DNA of 64,000 nucleotides. Origin: Octopus sinensis (taxonomy: Eukaryota). The stretch lies in contig NC_043004.1 in the NCBI RefSeq assembly GCF_006345805.1, positions 94,054,001 to 94,118,000 of the forward strand. The letters are read 5' to 3'. The position numbers and the translations under genes were made by a program. Shown piece after piece: positions 51,103 through 64,000 of the stretch. The notes beneath the pieces are model-generated. The model did not search any database and was not told the DNA's origin. It worked only from the letters and a program-made list of their open reading frames with translations. The first letter of the stretch is position 1. Each line of letters begins with the position of its first letter.

Positions 51103-51512
51103 AATCGCTAGGTAAAATTAAGCAAAACAGCTAAAGATAATGATTTGCGACACTTGGAAATGAAGGTGTGTGCACTGTCAGAGGTCAGTTGTCCGGCTGA
51201 TATTAACAAAATGTTAAAGATAAGCGGAAATGCAGTCTTGTGTAACAATGGTTTGGTCAACTGTGAATTGCTGAATTCAACGATCCCTAAAGAACGTAAG
51301 GAGGATTCTCGCCAATGTCCTGATATATACAATTAGACCAATACATATGCTTCAAAAAAGACTCAATGTGTACACGATGAAAATAAACCCGCTAGAATGT
51401 TTCTGCCGTTATTTTACTTTCTTTACCCGCTCAAGGCTTTCTTTTTTTTTACCTGGCAGATGCTGGAACAAACTTTCGTATCTTTTTGATAAATAGGTTT
51501 ACTTTAAGTATA

Positions 51513-51728
51513 TATTTCTTTATTGCCCACAAGGGGCTAAACATAGAGGGGACAAACGGATTAAGTCGATTACATCGACCCCAGTGCGTAACTGGTACTT
51601 TATTTATCGACCCCGAAAGGATGAAAGGCAGAATCGACCTCGGCGGAATTTGAACTCAGAACATAACGGCAGACGAAATACGGCTACGCATTTCGCCCGG
51701 CGTGCTAACGGTTCTGCCAGCTCGCCGC
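51513..51728 (-). mobile_element. SINE family B, full length
   Basis: Head gcggcgagctggcagaaccgttagcacg, B box gagttcaaattcc, tail ccccttgtgggcaataaag. Confidence 0.88.
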
Positions 51729-52399
51729 TTTTAAGTATAATACATAGATGATTACTCGAATCTGCCTCAATCAGGTACACCGGATTTTTAATTAGTCGAG
51801 TGGCTATTCGCAATATCAGTGAATAATTTATTCACTCTTTGCTGTATCAAAGACAGCGAACTCTTGTGCCTGCATGTAGCTGGCTGCGAGTTACGCGCCA
51901 TTAAAAAAGGCACCAAAGAGGTCGAAATGTCTCAGATCTTCTCGCTGGTCGCTGCCATGGCCAATATTCGTTTCTCTCTTAAGGAATGTTTTCTTAGAAC
52001 AAATACTGCAGTAACTGGCCTATCGACAGTGTCCATACATTAAATATAATACATGAATTGCTATTTTAAAGTTACTTTAAGATAATGATTATTATTTAAC
52101 ATAGGCTCACGGACAGTGGATGGAATTTACTCAAATACACGAGTAGTTTTCATTTTATTGACCTTAGAATATTTGCATAAAAATATCCAACCAAATATTA
52201 TCCACCATTGAATTATTTCTTCCTCTTTACTGTTTTCTATTGGATTTTGTAATTCTTATAATTCATACTGTCTTTAAGGTGATAAATTCTAGCGTTGGTG
52301 TACGATAGCATCATTCCCATTATTGAATTGGCATTTATTCTCTGTTTTCAACCTCAGGGTGTTTAATTAGACTTCGATGGAATTTTAACTGAGTAGAAT

Positions 52400-52620
52400 G
52401 TATCGACCCCAGTAATTATTTTTCTTTTAAAGCCTGGTACTTATTCTGTCACTCATTTTTGCCGAACCGCTAAGTGACGAGGACATAAACACACCAGCAC
52501 CAGTTGTTAAGCGGTGGGGTGGAGAACAAATACAGACACAAGCACACGGACACACACACACTCTCTCTCTCGCTCACACACACATACACACACACACACA
52601 CACACACTCTCTCTCTCTCG

Positions 52621-52654
<34 letters not shown>

Positions 52655-52673
52655 ACACACTCTCTCTCTCTCG

Positions 52674-52735
<62 letters not shown>

Positions 52736-52888
52736 CGACGAGTTTCTTTCCGTTTTCGTCTACCAAATCCACTCACAAGGCTTTGGTCCGCCCTAGGTTA
52801 TAGTAAAAGACACTTGCCCAATGTGCCACGCAGTGGGAATGAACCCCGTGCCATATGGGTGGGAACAAGCTTCTTACCACACAGTCAC
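52400..52888 (-). mobile_element. SINE family A with an expanded compound internal microsatellite
   Basis: Internal (CA)n/(CT)n blocks span about 190 bp. Confidence 0.85.
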
Positions 52889-53369
52889 GTCTTCGCTTAT
52901 ATATAAGGAATCTTGATTAACAATTAGTCTAGAAGGGTGGGACCTGGCTAAATAGTTGGAATAAATCATTGAAAATAATTTGGTGTGGTGAAGCGGTCAT
53001 TTCGTGTTCTACTTTAAAGTTTTTCTCAAAATTTTCCTCATGTTTATGCAACAGTCATTCCAAGATATTGTTGTATATATTCCAGGAGTCTGGTTTTCTT
53101 TTTAAAGTCTTTCTAGTGATATCTTCATGGGAAATCAATTTCTATGTTGATTTGTTTTGTCTTTTAATTACCAGTCTTTAGAGTGTTGATTAAGCTGCGT
53201 GAACTACCGACAACACGATTTCTCAAAGCAGATATGATCGAAATATTTTAACATTGTGCTTCAGATTCCAAGATAGGATTGCCAAATGAAATTAGACGAG
53301 ATACGTTCTCATCATCTCCGCTGTTTGTGGCGTTGGCGGCGGCGGCGGCGGTGGCGGTTGTGATGGTGG

Positions 53370-53406
<37 letters not shown>

Positions 53407-53776
53407 CGTAGTTGTGTTGGTGGTGGTGACGATAATCATGGTGATGATGATGAGAAGGAAAATGGTATTTTATGAAGCCTGCAGTGTATATATTTTTTTC
53501 TTTTTCCTCCCAGTTTATATCTGTCCTTCCTAACCAGGACAAACCAAACCAGACTAACTCTACTACTGAGCCGTTAGTAAAGGAGAAGCATAAAAACATT
53601 TTCTGCGAGGAAAAATATTAGTCTTTAACACATATGAGTCTTTCTGTATATATGTGTATATTAAGCTACAATTTTTCACGGAGATTTGTGTCTCTAAGTG
53701 TAATTTATTCATTCATAATTCTTAATTTTCTATTCTTCTAATCATTATCATACATTATTATACATTTAGTTAGTAT

Positions 53777-54192
53777 TTCTTATTTCTTTATTGCCCACAA
53801 GGGGCTAAACATAGAAGGGACAAACAAGGACAGACAAACGGATTAAGTCGTTACATCGACCCCTGTGCGTAACTGGTGCTTAATTTATCGACCCCGAAAG
53901 GATGAAAGGCAAAGTCGACCTCGGCGGAATTTGAACTCAGAACGTAATGGCAGATGAAATACCTATTTCTTAACTACCCACAAGGGGCTAAACACAGAGA
54001 GGACAAGCAAGGACAGACAAAAGGATTAAGTCGATTACATCGACCCCAGTGCGTAACTGGTACTTATTTAATCGACCCCGAAAGGATAAAAGGCAAAGTC
54101 GACCTTGGCGGAATTTGAACTCAGAACATAACGGCAGACGAAATAGGGTTACGCATTTCGCCCGGCGTTCTAACGTTTCTGCCAGCTTGCCG
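53777..54192 (-). mobile_element. SINE family B dimer
   Basis: Two tandem bodies joined at gcagatgaaatacc|tatttctt. Confidence 0.85.
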
Positions 54193-54487
54193 TGAAGTTA
54201 GTACTCTGTTAAGGGAGTTTCATGAGACCGAAACGTCTATGGAGTTACCTTCCACCCATATTAGAATAATCAAAATAATATTTCTCGATGATGAATAGTT
54301 TTTACCATTACCCCACCATAATCTTTTAATACTGTAGCCGTGAGTCACAAGTAGATAAAATTTGATGGTGTCGACCGTGCTTTCGCCATTAGGTTGGAGA
54401 TAACTGTGTTGTGAACGGACATAGACACCGTTTCGGCCCTTCACTCAGTGGAACATCCAGAATGTAGATCTAGAAGAAAGAAAGATT

Positions 54488-54591
54488 CCCACTGCGTGGC
54501 ACCATGGGCAAGTGTCTTCTGCTATAGCCTCGGGCCGACCAAAGCCTTGTGAGTGGATTTGGTAGACGGAAACTGAAAGAAGCCCGTCGTA

Positions 54592-54660
<69 letters not shown>

Positions 54661-54882
54661 CGTGTGTGTGTTTGTGCGTTTGTCCCCCACCAACATCGCT
54701 TGACAACCGTTGCTGGTGTGTTTATGTCCCCATAACCTAGCGGTTCGGCAAAAGAGACCGATAGAATAAGTACAAGGCTTACAAAGAATAAGTCCTGGGG
54801 TCGATTTGCTCGACTAAAGGCGGTGCTACAGCATGGCCACAGTCAAATGACTGAAACAAGTAAAAGAGTAAAGAGTAAGAGT
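54488..54882 (+). mobile_element. SINE family A, 5'-truncated
   Basis: Starts at cccactgcgtggc; the remainder is full. Confidence 0.88.
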
Positions 54883-55009
54883 ATACCATAGACTGAAGTA
54901 GCATGAAATGAAATACTTTGCTCAAGAACACAACAATGCTTACAAGCCAAGGAATTGAACCAATGAGCTTAGTATCGTGGGCATAATAGTCTATCACAAT
55001 ATCAAATTT

Positions 55010-55210
55010 TGGCACAAGGCCAGTAATTTCGGGAGAGGGGATAAGTCGATTACATGGACCGCCAGTGTTCAACTGGTATTTATTTTATCGACCCGCAAAT
55101 AATGAAAGGTAAAGTCGACCATGGCGGTACTTGAACTCAGAACGTAAAGTTGGACGAAATGCCGCTAAGCATTTTGCCCGGCGCAATAACGATTCTGCCA
55201 GCTTGCTGCC
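55010..55210 (-). mobile_element. SINE family B copy
   Basis: Core and head match 51513-51728. Confidence 0.8.
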
Positions 55211-55345
55211 AATCGTGCTTTAAATATTGACATTAACTTAAGTGTTGTATTTTTAAGTATTATCTGAATAGTCTTAATACAACTGACAATAAGAAATAGC
55301 CACAAAGTCCCTTCAAATCATACACACGCTGTTTTTAAAAATAGA

Positions 55346-55742
55346 TAGGTGTGGCTGTGTGATAAGAAGCTTGTTTCACAACCACATGGTTCCGGGTTCA
55401 GTCCCACTGTGTGGCGCCTTGGGCAAGTGTCTTCTACTATAGCCTCGGACCAACCAAAGCCTTGTGGGTGGATTTGGTTGACGGAAAATGAAAGAAGCCT
55501 GTCGTGTATATGCGTGTGTGTGTATGTTTGTTTGTCTGTCTTAGTGTTTGTATTTGTTCTCCACTACCGTTTGACAACCGGTGTCGGTCCGTTTACGTCC
55601 CCGTAAACTATCAATTCGGCAAAAGAGACAGAATGAGTACCAGGCTCACCAGAAAATAAGTCCTGGGGTCAATTCATGCGACTAAGAATTCTTCAAGACA
55701 GTTACCCAGCAAAGCCGCAGTCTAATGACTGAAGCCAACAAA
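55346..55742 (+). mobile_element. SINE family A, diverged copy
   Basis: Colinear match. Confidence 0.85.
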
Positions 55743-56085
55743 ATAGTAGATAATGCAGTCAAAGATATACAGTTGGTATGGTCACGACTGGAAAGCATTT
55801 AACCATATATCTCCTTGATCATGACTGACCAGTATCCAATGATTACAACTCTAGCAACCAAGCTTTGTTCTAGTTTCATTCTACTAAAGAGAAACACCTC
55901 CCCTCTCTAAAGTACCTGAACATAAGCCTACTTACGGAAATGCTTGCTGAATCTGTCTTCTCTAAAATGCTCACCATACTCAGATATTCCGACACAGACC
56001 AACAAACATAAAGATAAGCTATGTATTGGCTAACGAGAGATACATACAAACATACATGTATATACAAGTTTATGGATGTCTTCAT

Positions 56086-56116
<31 letters not shown>

Positions 56117-56202
56117 TACACACACACCTATATATAAAAAATATATTCATATAAATATTCATATACATACACATACCCACTTATATACCTGTATACTTTA
56201 GT

Positions 56203-56261
<59 letters not shown>

Positions 56262-56367
56262 ATACACACACACATAACTAAAATCGAAGAGAACCCAGCT
56301 CGATATGCATTCAGGTGTCGGTGTTGAAGTCAGTTGTTGACGAAAGTAAATTATTATTATTGCTATT

Positions 56368-56585
56368 GAAGGCGGCGAGCTGGCAGAATCGTTAACACAC
56401 CGGACAAGTGCTTAGCGGCATTTCGTCTCTCTTTATGTTCTGAGTTCAAATTCCGCCGAAGACGACTTTACATTTCATCCTTTCGGAGTTGATAAAATAA
56501 TTACCAGTTGAACACTGGGGTCAATACAATCGATTCATCCCCTCACCCCAAATTGCTGCCCTTGCGGTAAAATTTGAAACCGTAA
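56368..56585 (+). mobile_element. SINE family B copy
   Basis: ggcggcgagctggcagaatcgtt...gagttcaaattccgccg. Confidence 0.85.
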
Positions 56586-56653
56586 TTATTATTATTGTGA
56601 TCATCAACATTCTCATTATTACTATATATTTACTATACAGTGAGAAGAAGACC

Positions 56654-57085
56654 GGATCTTTCCAGTTTGACCAGCAGTTTTTAACATAATTTCTAGGTAA
56701 CTAAAAAATTTTAAACTTCGTATACTGGTAGAATGTGTTTATAAAACATCTTTTTCTCTTGGCTTTATTGAGAAAATTCTATATGTTGTAACATATTTGG
56801 TCTTTGATTTCTTGCATTTCGGCAATCTCAACCAATCAATGACCATCTATTGAGGTGAAAACATTCTGTGCCGTATGAATATGTCCCTCGTTTAAGAAAC
56901 AGATTGGGTTTATTTACATCTGGGAAGAAAAAAGATACCCTTCCCCCCACCCCTAACCCTAACCCTAACTAACCCTAACCCTAAAGCAGATTGAAATGCA
57001 ATAGATCGATACTAGGGTCATAATTATGGGTGACAATTTCATATGACACCGCTAGAAAAAACTGCCGCTCAAACCGAAAAGATCC
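56654..57085. mobile_element. MITE with GGATC termini and 8-bp TSD (Merlin-like), carrying internal telomere-type repeats
   Basis: About 29-bp TIRs ggatctttccagtttgaccagcagttttt / aaaaactgccgctcaaaccgaaaagatcc; TSD agaagacc (56646-56653, 57086-57093); (CCCTAA)n at 56951-56984. Confidence 0.75.
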
Positions 57086-57861
57086 AGAAGACCAACCTAG
57101 CTGATAGATATTTTTCTTCAAACATTGACATTTTATAGTCTTTTTTCTTGTTTTGCTGTTTTTATCTTTTTTATTTATCTAGAACCTAAAGCGTTCACAT
57201 ATACATATGTATTTCATGCATTAATTATCGATAGTTAAGTCTGACAATTTATTCAACGAGATTCAAAAGATGTATGCTTGTGTCCGTCAAACGGTGGTAT
57301 GCATGCGCCTGTGAGAATATGTGTGTGTGTGTGTGTGCGTGTGTATGAGAGAGAGCAAGAGAGAGAGATAGAGAGAGAGAGGGGTTGTGTGAAGCAAAGG
57401 AGTGTTCTGAGACAGGAGTGTTTTAATTCTCGGGAAGTGTGTCAGTAATAAAAAATTGTCATCGAAGGAGTGTGTCGAGGAATTACATAGTTTTTTTATT
57501 TATATTTAACTAAATATATAAATAACTGAATGTAAATGACTGAGACGATAGAATGCTAGAGCAACAAGCAACGAGACACTGGTTCGTACCTTACACTAGA
57601 TCGATATCGTATTGATCGATTTTATGGGCATATTTTTTTTTAAATTTGCATTACTTTTTCCAATTGGGATACAAATAAAATGAACCAATTATCTTTTAGA
57701 TTTTTTCTTCTGCATTTTCTTTTATTGATTTATTAATTTTATGAGAGTGTTTATACATATATATTGAGGAACTCACCATCAATATATTTGGTTAAATCCA
57801 AATGGCATCTGGACTGTTTTATTAGCAATCTCTTACTGGGATATTGCTTCCTCAAATTGTG

Positions 57862-57913
<52 letters not shown>

Positions 57914-57916
<3 letters not shown>

Positions 57917-58108
57917 TTTATTTGTTTCAGTCATTTGACTGTGGGCATGCTGGAGCCCGCCTTTAGTCGAACAAATCGGCCCCCCAGGACTTATTCTTTG
58001 TAAGCCTAGTATTTATTCTATTGGTCTCTTTTGCCGAAGCTATGGGGATGTAAACACACCAACATCGTTGTCAAGCGATGGTGGGGGAGTACAAACACAG
58101 ACACACAA

Positions 58109-58172
<64 letters not shown>

Positions 58173-58481
58173 GACTGGTTTTTTCCAGTTTCCCTCTAAA
58201 AGATTCACTCACAAGGAATTGAACACAGAACGTAGCGGCAGACGAACTACCTATTTCTTTACTACCCACAAGGGGCTAAACACAGAGGGGACAAACAAGG
58301 ACAGACAAACGGATTAAGTCGATTACATCGAACCCAGTGCGTAACTGGTACTTAATTTATCGACCCCGAAAGGATGAAAGGCAAAGTCGACCATGGCGAA
58401 ATTTGAACTCAGAACGTAACGGCAGACGAGATACTGCTAAGCATTTCGTCCAGCGTGCTAACGTTTCTGCTAGCTCGCCGC
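57914..58481 (-). mobile_element. SINE A 3' part (57914-58215) abutting a SINE B with the dimer-type junction (58216-58481)
   Basis: Direct sequence match to both families. Confidence 0.8.
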
Positions 58482-58936
58482 TTTACTTGAGATTAAATAA
58501 TAATAGCCCTCACCCAACGACCTGCCCACCAAGATACACTATATGAAAGCGATGTTGACAGATGTTAACGTTATCTCAACGATGAACTCGATATCAATAT
58601 TAGAAATAGTTTAGCATGTTGACACTCCTACTTCCGTGAAATGAGAAATTTGAAACGATCCAAGTTTAGATTTGAACTCAAGAACATAGATGAAAGAATG
58701 TAAGTAATGTACGGTTTGAACTTGCTAAATAAATATAAAATAAATGCAAAGCTAACCTCATCAACATACATTTTTCGATCAAAAAAGAAAAAAAATGGGC
58801 GGTAGGATTAATGTTGACCCGTGCATCTTAAAGGACGGAGAAATTTATTGCTGGACACTACCACTTGTGACTATACGTATAGGTAGACATCTTCGAAGCC
58901 GATGGACATCAGTAATATAGTAGTGATGGGGGGGGG

Positions 58937-59096
58937 GTGATGATGATAATGATGATGATGATGATGATGATGATGATGGTGATGGCGATGGTGGTGGTGG
59001 TGGTGGTGGTGGTGGTGGTGATGATGATGATGATGGTGATGGTGATGGTGATGGTGATGGTGGTGGTGGTGGTGGTGGTGGTGTTGGTGGTGGTGG

Positions 59097-59127
<31 letters not shown>

Positions 59128-59144
59128 GGTGGTGGTGGTGGTGG

Positions 59145-59178
<34 letters not shown>

Positions 59179-59188
59179 ATGACGACGA
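58937..59188. repeat. (GAT/GGT)n array
   Basis: Direct reading. Confidence 0.95.
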
Positions 59189-59272
59189 TGATGGAACCTC
59201 CACATACTTTCAATTCCTTGCTGATGCTGTAGTCAATCTTAAAGCTTTTAAATTTATAAATATCACATTTTT

Positions 59273-59651
59273 TTACCTCCGCCTTCTCGAAGTCTGAGGT
59301 ATTGTTTTCAGTCGTGCTTGTTTGTTTGTTTGTCTGTTTGTCTGTAGACAAGATATCACAAGAACCTCTGGATGGATTCGGATAAAACTTTCAGGGATGT
59401 TTGGCCTCGTGACTGGCACGAACTAATTATATTTGGGGATTGATCCGGTACCGGACAAAGAATCTGGATTATTTTTCCTGTGTTTTTTACTTAATTTGTG
59501 AGAGCGGTCGGGTTCATTTTTAATACACTTGTTTGTGAGAGTAGTCGAGTTTATTTCAGATATTGTCATTTTAAAAACCATCTCCGGCTAATCGTTGAGA
59601 GGACATTGGTGTTGCCTTGGTGCAGTTTTCTGGTCTCTACGTGCTCTTGTT
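59273..59651 (-). mobile_element. Helentron/DINE-1-like non-autonomous element, second copy
   Basis: Reverse-complement similarity along 43466-43802, with a terminal acctccgcc...gaggt hairpin. Confidence 0.5.
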
Positions 59652-60591
59652 TACTTTAAAATTTAAATGTATGGGGTCACGTTTGTCAGTAGGAGGGTAA
59701 AAAGAAGAGTATGATTTGAATGCTTGTCACGAAGTGAACTGTTCAAAAGATACCCAAGGACAATTGTTGGTATGACACCGAGGGATGCATTAGGTCAACC
59801 ACCCAAGTTAGGACAAACATTTAATAATTAATATAAAACCAATACGGACTAACAGGCCTTCAGTTCCTTGTTTATAAACATGGGTACCTTTACTGTTTAC
59901 TTGGTATTACTTTCGCTCTTAAAGTCACATGGATCAATATTTTATTGACGCATTTCATCATTATTAATTGTTTATTCACATGATTATGGATTAACCCATC
60001 GATAATTTCTTATTGATAGGGTAATCCTTTATTGATTGATACTGATCTGATAAGAAAAATAAGCCTAATATAAACCTGTTTATCACACTGCTTACTTCGA
60101 GAGATGGGGAATCTATCGTTTTAACGGTGTAACTCGAAGTAGATAAAGCTATAAATTATTACTTGTAGAATATTGGTTTTAAAAAAATCTTGGATAGAAA
60201 AATGTCGACAGCCTTCGATTCTTTTCGTAAAATGTCAAGATTCCCAAACCCTTGTAACTTCACCCTTCATTTATTATTTGGAGTGTCAAAATTTTCGTCG
60301 CAGAACTACGATTTACTCACTGACGCAGTTCTGCAACAATTCACTGGAATTGTGACAGTGACCAGGTCGTAATTGTGTATGGAAAATTTATTTTGACATC
60401 ATAAGAAATACAGTATATATCGGTGTACAGGACGGAATTTGAACCTTTAAAAAATAACCCCCAAACAAGAAGTCGTCTTTAAAACTGCGTAGAAAACCTA
60501 AACCCTTAACATGTTGTAGTTTAGAGAATCATTAATGACGATGGAGAACAGCATAAAACACACACATAGCACTTAATATCCTAACTAGGTT

Positions 60592-60623
<32 letters not shown>

Positions 60624-60714
60624 TGGAGTGATTCTGTATTAGATATACTCAGTAAATATGACACCTTCATTGCTAGGCGTGTGTCGAAATTTAAAACCAA
60701 ATATTCTTTTCTAC

Positions 60715-61205
60715 TCTAGGCACAAGGCCTGAAATTTTTGGGGAGGGTGCCATTCGATTAGATAGACCCCAGTACACAACTGGTACTTAATTTATCGACC
60801 CCGGAAGGATGAAAAATCACAGTCGACCTCGGCGGAATTAAAACCAAATATTAATGAAATGTGTTTACTGGTGTAATCAAATGAATTATTATAGACAAGA
60901 CCGAAGATCGGGTTCAAAATTCTGATCATAGTCTTACTAATGGTATTGTGAATCAAGATAAGAGTTTGTACATTAAAGAATGAAACGTCCAGTGTACTTT
61001 AACGACGTATATTGATTTAAAATGTTGGAACAAGGCCAGTAATTTCGGGGGTGGATTACATCGACCCCAATGCTCAACTGGTACTAATTTTGTCGACCAC
61101 AAAAGAATGAAAGCAAAATCAATCTCTGCAGAATTTGAATCCAGAACGTAAAAACGGACAAAATACAGCTAAGTATTTTGCCCGGCTCGCAACGGGTTCT
61201 CGCCG
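60715..61205 (-). mobile_element. Two SINE family B fragments
   Basis: Cores at 60715-60840 and 61030-61205. Confidence 0.7.
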
Positions 61206-61914
61206 CATTTAAAAAAAAAAATTTTATTGACGTATATCAAAGCATGCTTCCGATAAAAATACTCGGTGATGAGAACATCGCAACAGTCACAGAGGCGTTG
61301 AAGTCTGACTCACACACTTCCCAACTACTACATCAAAGGAGAAATATTGTCTGGTAGCCTTATACAACGAGTATAAGAAAATCTTTAAAAAAATTCTGAG
61401 GTCGTCCTATATACACAATCGGCTTATACACCGGCTTACATGATATATGAAAAATAACGTTAATAAATTTTGCGTGCCTTAACTAAAATTATCCTTAGCT
61501 TCAGTTTCTACCCACGATCTCAAATCACCTATTAGGTAAATACAACCTCTGTCTTTTAGTTTTCACTTTTCACTCTTAAAATTTAGTCACTGAAGGACTA
61601 AGTGCCCATGACCCAGTAGCAATAATAGAGGTTTTGAACGAACATCAAAACACTTGTATTTTAAACAATGGCGAAATATATAAATTTCATTTATGACCGC
61701 ATACCGAAGAGATTTCGAATGTCAATAGAACCATGAAGCTAATGTTTTCTTTTTATCTCGGAATAATCTACGTATTCAGGGCTCATGACACCTTGGGAAG
61801 TTTCCCTGTATAAAGTTTGAGTTCTCATGACCCCTTAAACTCATCAAACGAAGGAATAGAACGCAATAAAACATTTAAATACAATCCACCTTTATTTCAT
61901 ATATATATACGTGT

Positions 61915-62069
61915 GTGTGTGTGTGTATGTGTGTGTGTGTCTATCTGTATGTGTGTGTATATGCACGTATTTGTGTCTATGTATATATATATATATATGT
62001 ATGCATGTATATGCATGTGTATGTATATATAAATATATATAGGTATATAAATATATATAGGTATATAGG

Positions 62070-62105
<36 letters not shown>

Positions 62106-62350
62106 ATATATATGTATGTATATATATAATGTACACATATATATGTATATATGTATATGTATATATATATATACATACATATATGTAAATATATATATAT
62201 ATACATAATACATACTTATAGGTAAATATATATATACATATATATATATACATGCATATATGTAAATATATATATATATACATATACATACTTATAGGTA
62301 AATATATATATACATATATATATATACATGCATATATATATATATATATA

Positions 62351-62384
<34 letters not shown>

Positions 62385-62440
62385 CATATATATATATGTA
62401 AATATATATATATATACATATATATATACACACACATATA
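61915..62440. repeat. (TG)n then degenerate (TA)n array
   Basis: Direct reading. Confidence 0.93.
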
Positions 62441-62654
62441 TGCATATGTATTCTTGCATAAATACATACACATGTCTATAAATATTTGTGTGTGCGTAAT
62501 GTATCTATACACGCACATACATACACACATTATAAAACCCACAACCCAGAAACACCTGTGGCACCTGAAAGAATTTTACCTATATCTACCTTATGTGTCC
62601 TTGAGTTCTGATATTACGTCACCGTGACTACATTAGGGAGTGGGAAAGAGTGAC

Positions 62655-62686
<32 letters not shown>

Positions 62687-63885
62687 GGGTGCGGGAGAAG
62701 TAAAATACGAAACAATGAGTTAGCTGGAAAACAACAATAGCTATAACAAGAACAATAAAAAAGAAATACACGTACATAAATACATAAATACATACAAAAC
62801 AAAGACTTTATATTCGTACAACTGAAGAAAAAAAAGGGATTAAATGTTGTATTATAGATTGTGAGAAGAGCCAGATATGAGTAAAAGTGTGTGTGTGTGT
62901 GTGTGTGTGTGTGACAGAGAGACAGAGAGGGAGAGAGAGAGAAAGAAAGAGAAAGAGAGTGAGAGAGAGAAGGTGTCCTGGTTCTTCGTGGAGTCCCTAA
63001 TTCGTTTCAAGGACATTAGGTCGGTCTACTCAGAGTATAGTGATGACGACAACGGCGATCACGACGATGACACAGAAAAATAAAACAATGAAAAACGAAC
63101 AACAAAACAATGAATAAATAAACAATACGTATAATAGTAGAAAAATAGAAAAAGAGAAACGAATACGGAGGTGGAATGAGAGTTGGGTTAGTGGTTTAAG
63201 TGATTCTTTTTATACGCCTACAGAGAACGAAAATGGATTAACACACAGTGTTAGAAAAGATAGAAAGAAACAAACAAACAAACAAACAAAGATGGAAACG
63301 TAGGATGAGAAGAAATAAAGGTAGGTAGGAAGGAAGGAAGAAATAAAGGTAGGAAAAGAGGAAGGATAATGATTCCTTAGAAAGTGGAAGCTCAATAATA
63401 ATTCGATGGATTCCGTGTTCTTTTATAACGGACTAAATCAAAGACGTGATTTCTTTTTACCGCTTAGTCAGGTAAGGAAGGGCAACGGCTATAACACATA
63501 GTTTTTCTCAGAACCTTCAGGATAGGTAGGAGGCTGCGGGGGAGTTACCCATAACCCGGGGCCTTGGCTGTAATGCTTGCAACAAAGTAAACGTGACCCG
63601 AGACACTCATGTACGAGGGGGTTGATGTTGAACCGGACGACAGAGTAAGAAACTGACAGATAAAAGTGGGCCAGTAAGTTTTCAGGGTAAATAAATAAAT
63701 ATATGATAGTCTAGAGGTGTATTATAACGTAGTAGAGTAACACTGTTTTTGTTTTTTGTCCTTTTTGAAATGGTGGTCAGATTTTTCTTTTTTACAACTT
63801 TGAGGTTTTGCTCTTAAAAAGAAACACACATAAGCAAACACATACACACGCACACCTACACACACAGACATGTATATATACAAAT

Positions 63886-63940
<55 letters not shown>

Positions 63941-64000
63941 CACACGTGCGCGCCGCACATACACCATACACATATAGGTGTGTTACTTTGTAAAAAGAAT

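Noticed and set aside
50592-51115. Lys/Glu/Arg-rich ORFs
   Set aside because: Translations of a (GAA/GGA)n tract, open in all three frames.
51819-52043. 74-aa ORF with a nearly open antisense frame
   Set aside because: No recognisable motif or convincing splice sites, so strand and function cannot be assigned.

Overview
AT-rich, repeat-saturated animal genomic DNA, most likely Octopus. That assignment rests on my recollection of octopus tRNA-derived SINEs and was not checked by search. There is one 100-N gap (34714-34813) and no prokaryotic operons, CRISPR arrays, rRNA or intact tRNA genes. Nearly all ORFs in the supplied track are translations of microsatellites or SINEs. Contents: about 17 copies or fragments of a tRNA-headed SINE with an internal (TA)n(TG)n tract (family A); about 13 of a second SINE (B); modular SINEs (C/D/E) that share heads and tails; decayed mariner (DD34D), Tc1 (D36E spacing) and IS630/Tc1-like transposases; hAT-, piggyBac-, Merlin-, Helitron- and Helentron-like non-autonomous elements; and Penelope-like hammerhead remnants. 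Two signals stand out. (1) A 2021-bp non-LTR-type element (15712-17732, minus) encodes only an L1/Tx1-like ORF1 (RRM-like region plus CCHC knuckle) with no RT or endonuclease, and sits inside a SINE tRNA head with a 17-bp target-site duplication. (2) A tandem pair of paralogous phase-1/phase-1 exons (38253-38411, 39876-40040, plus) shows an excess of synonymous differences, pointing to an unidentified host gene with large introns. Family letters are my own labels.
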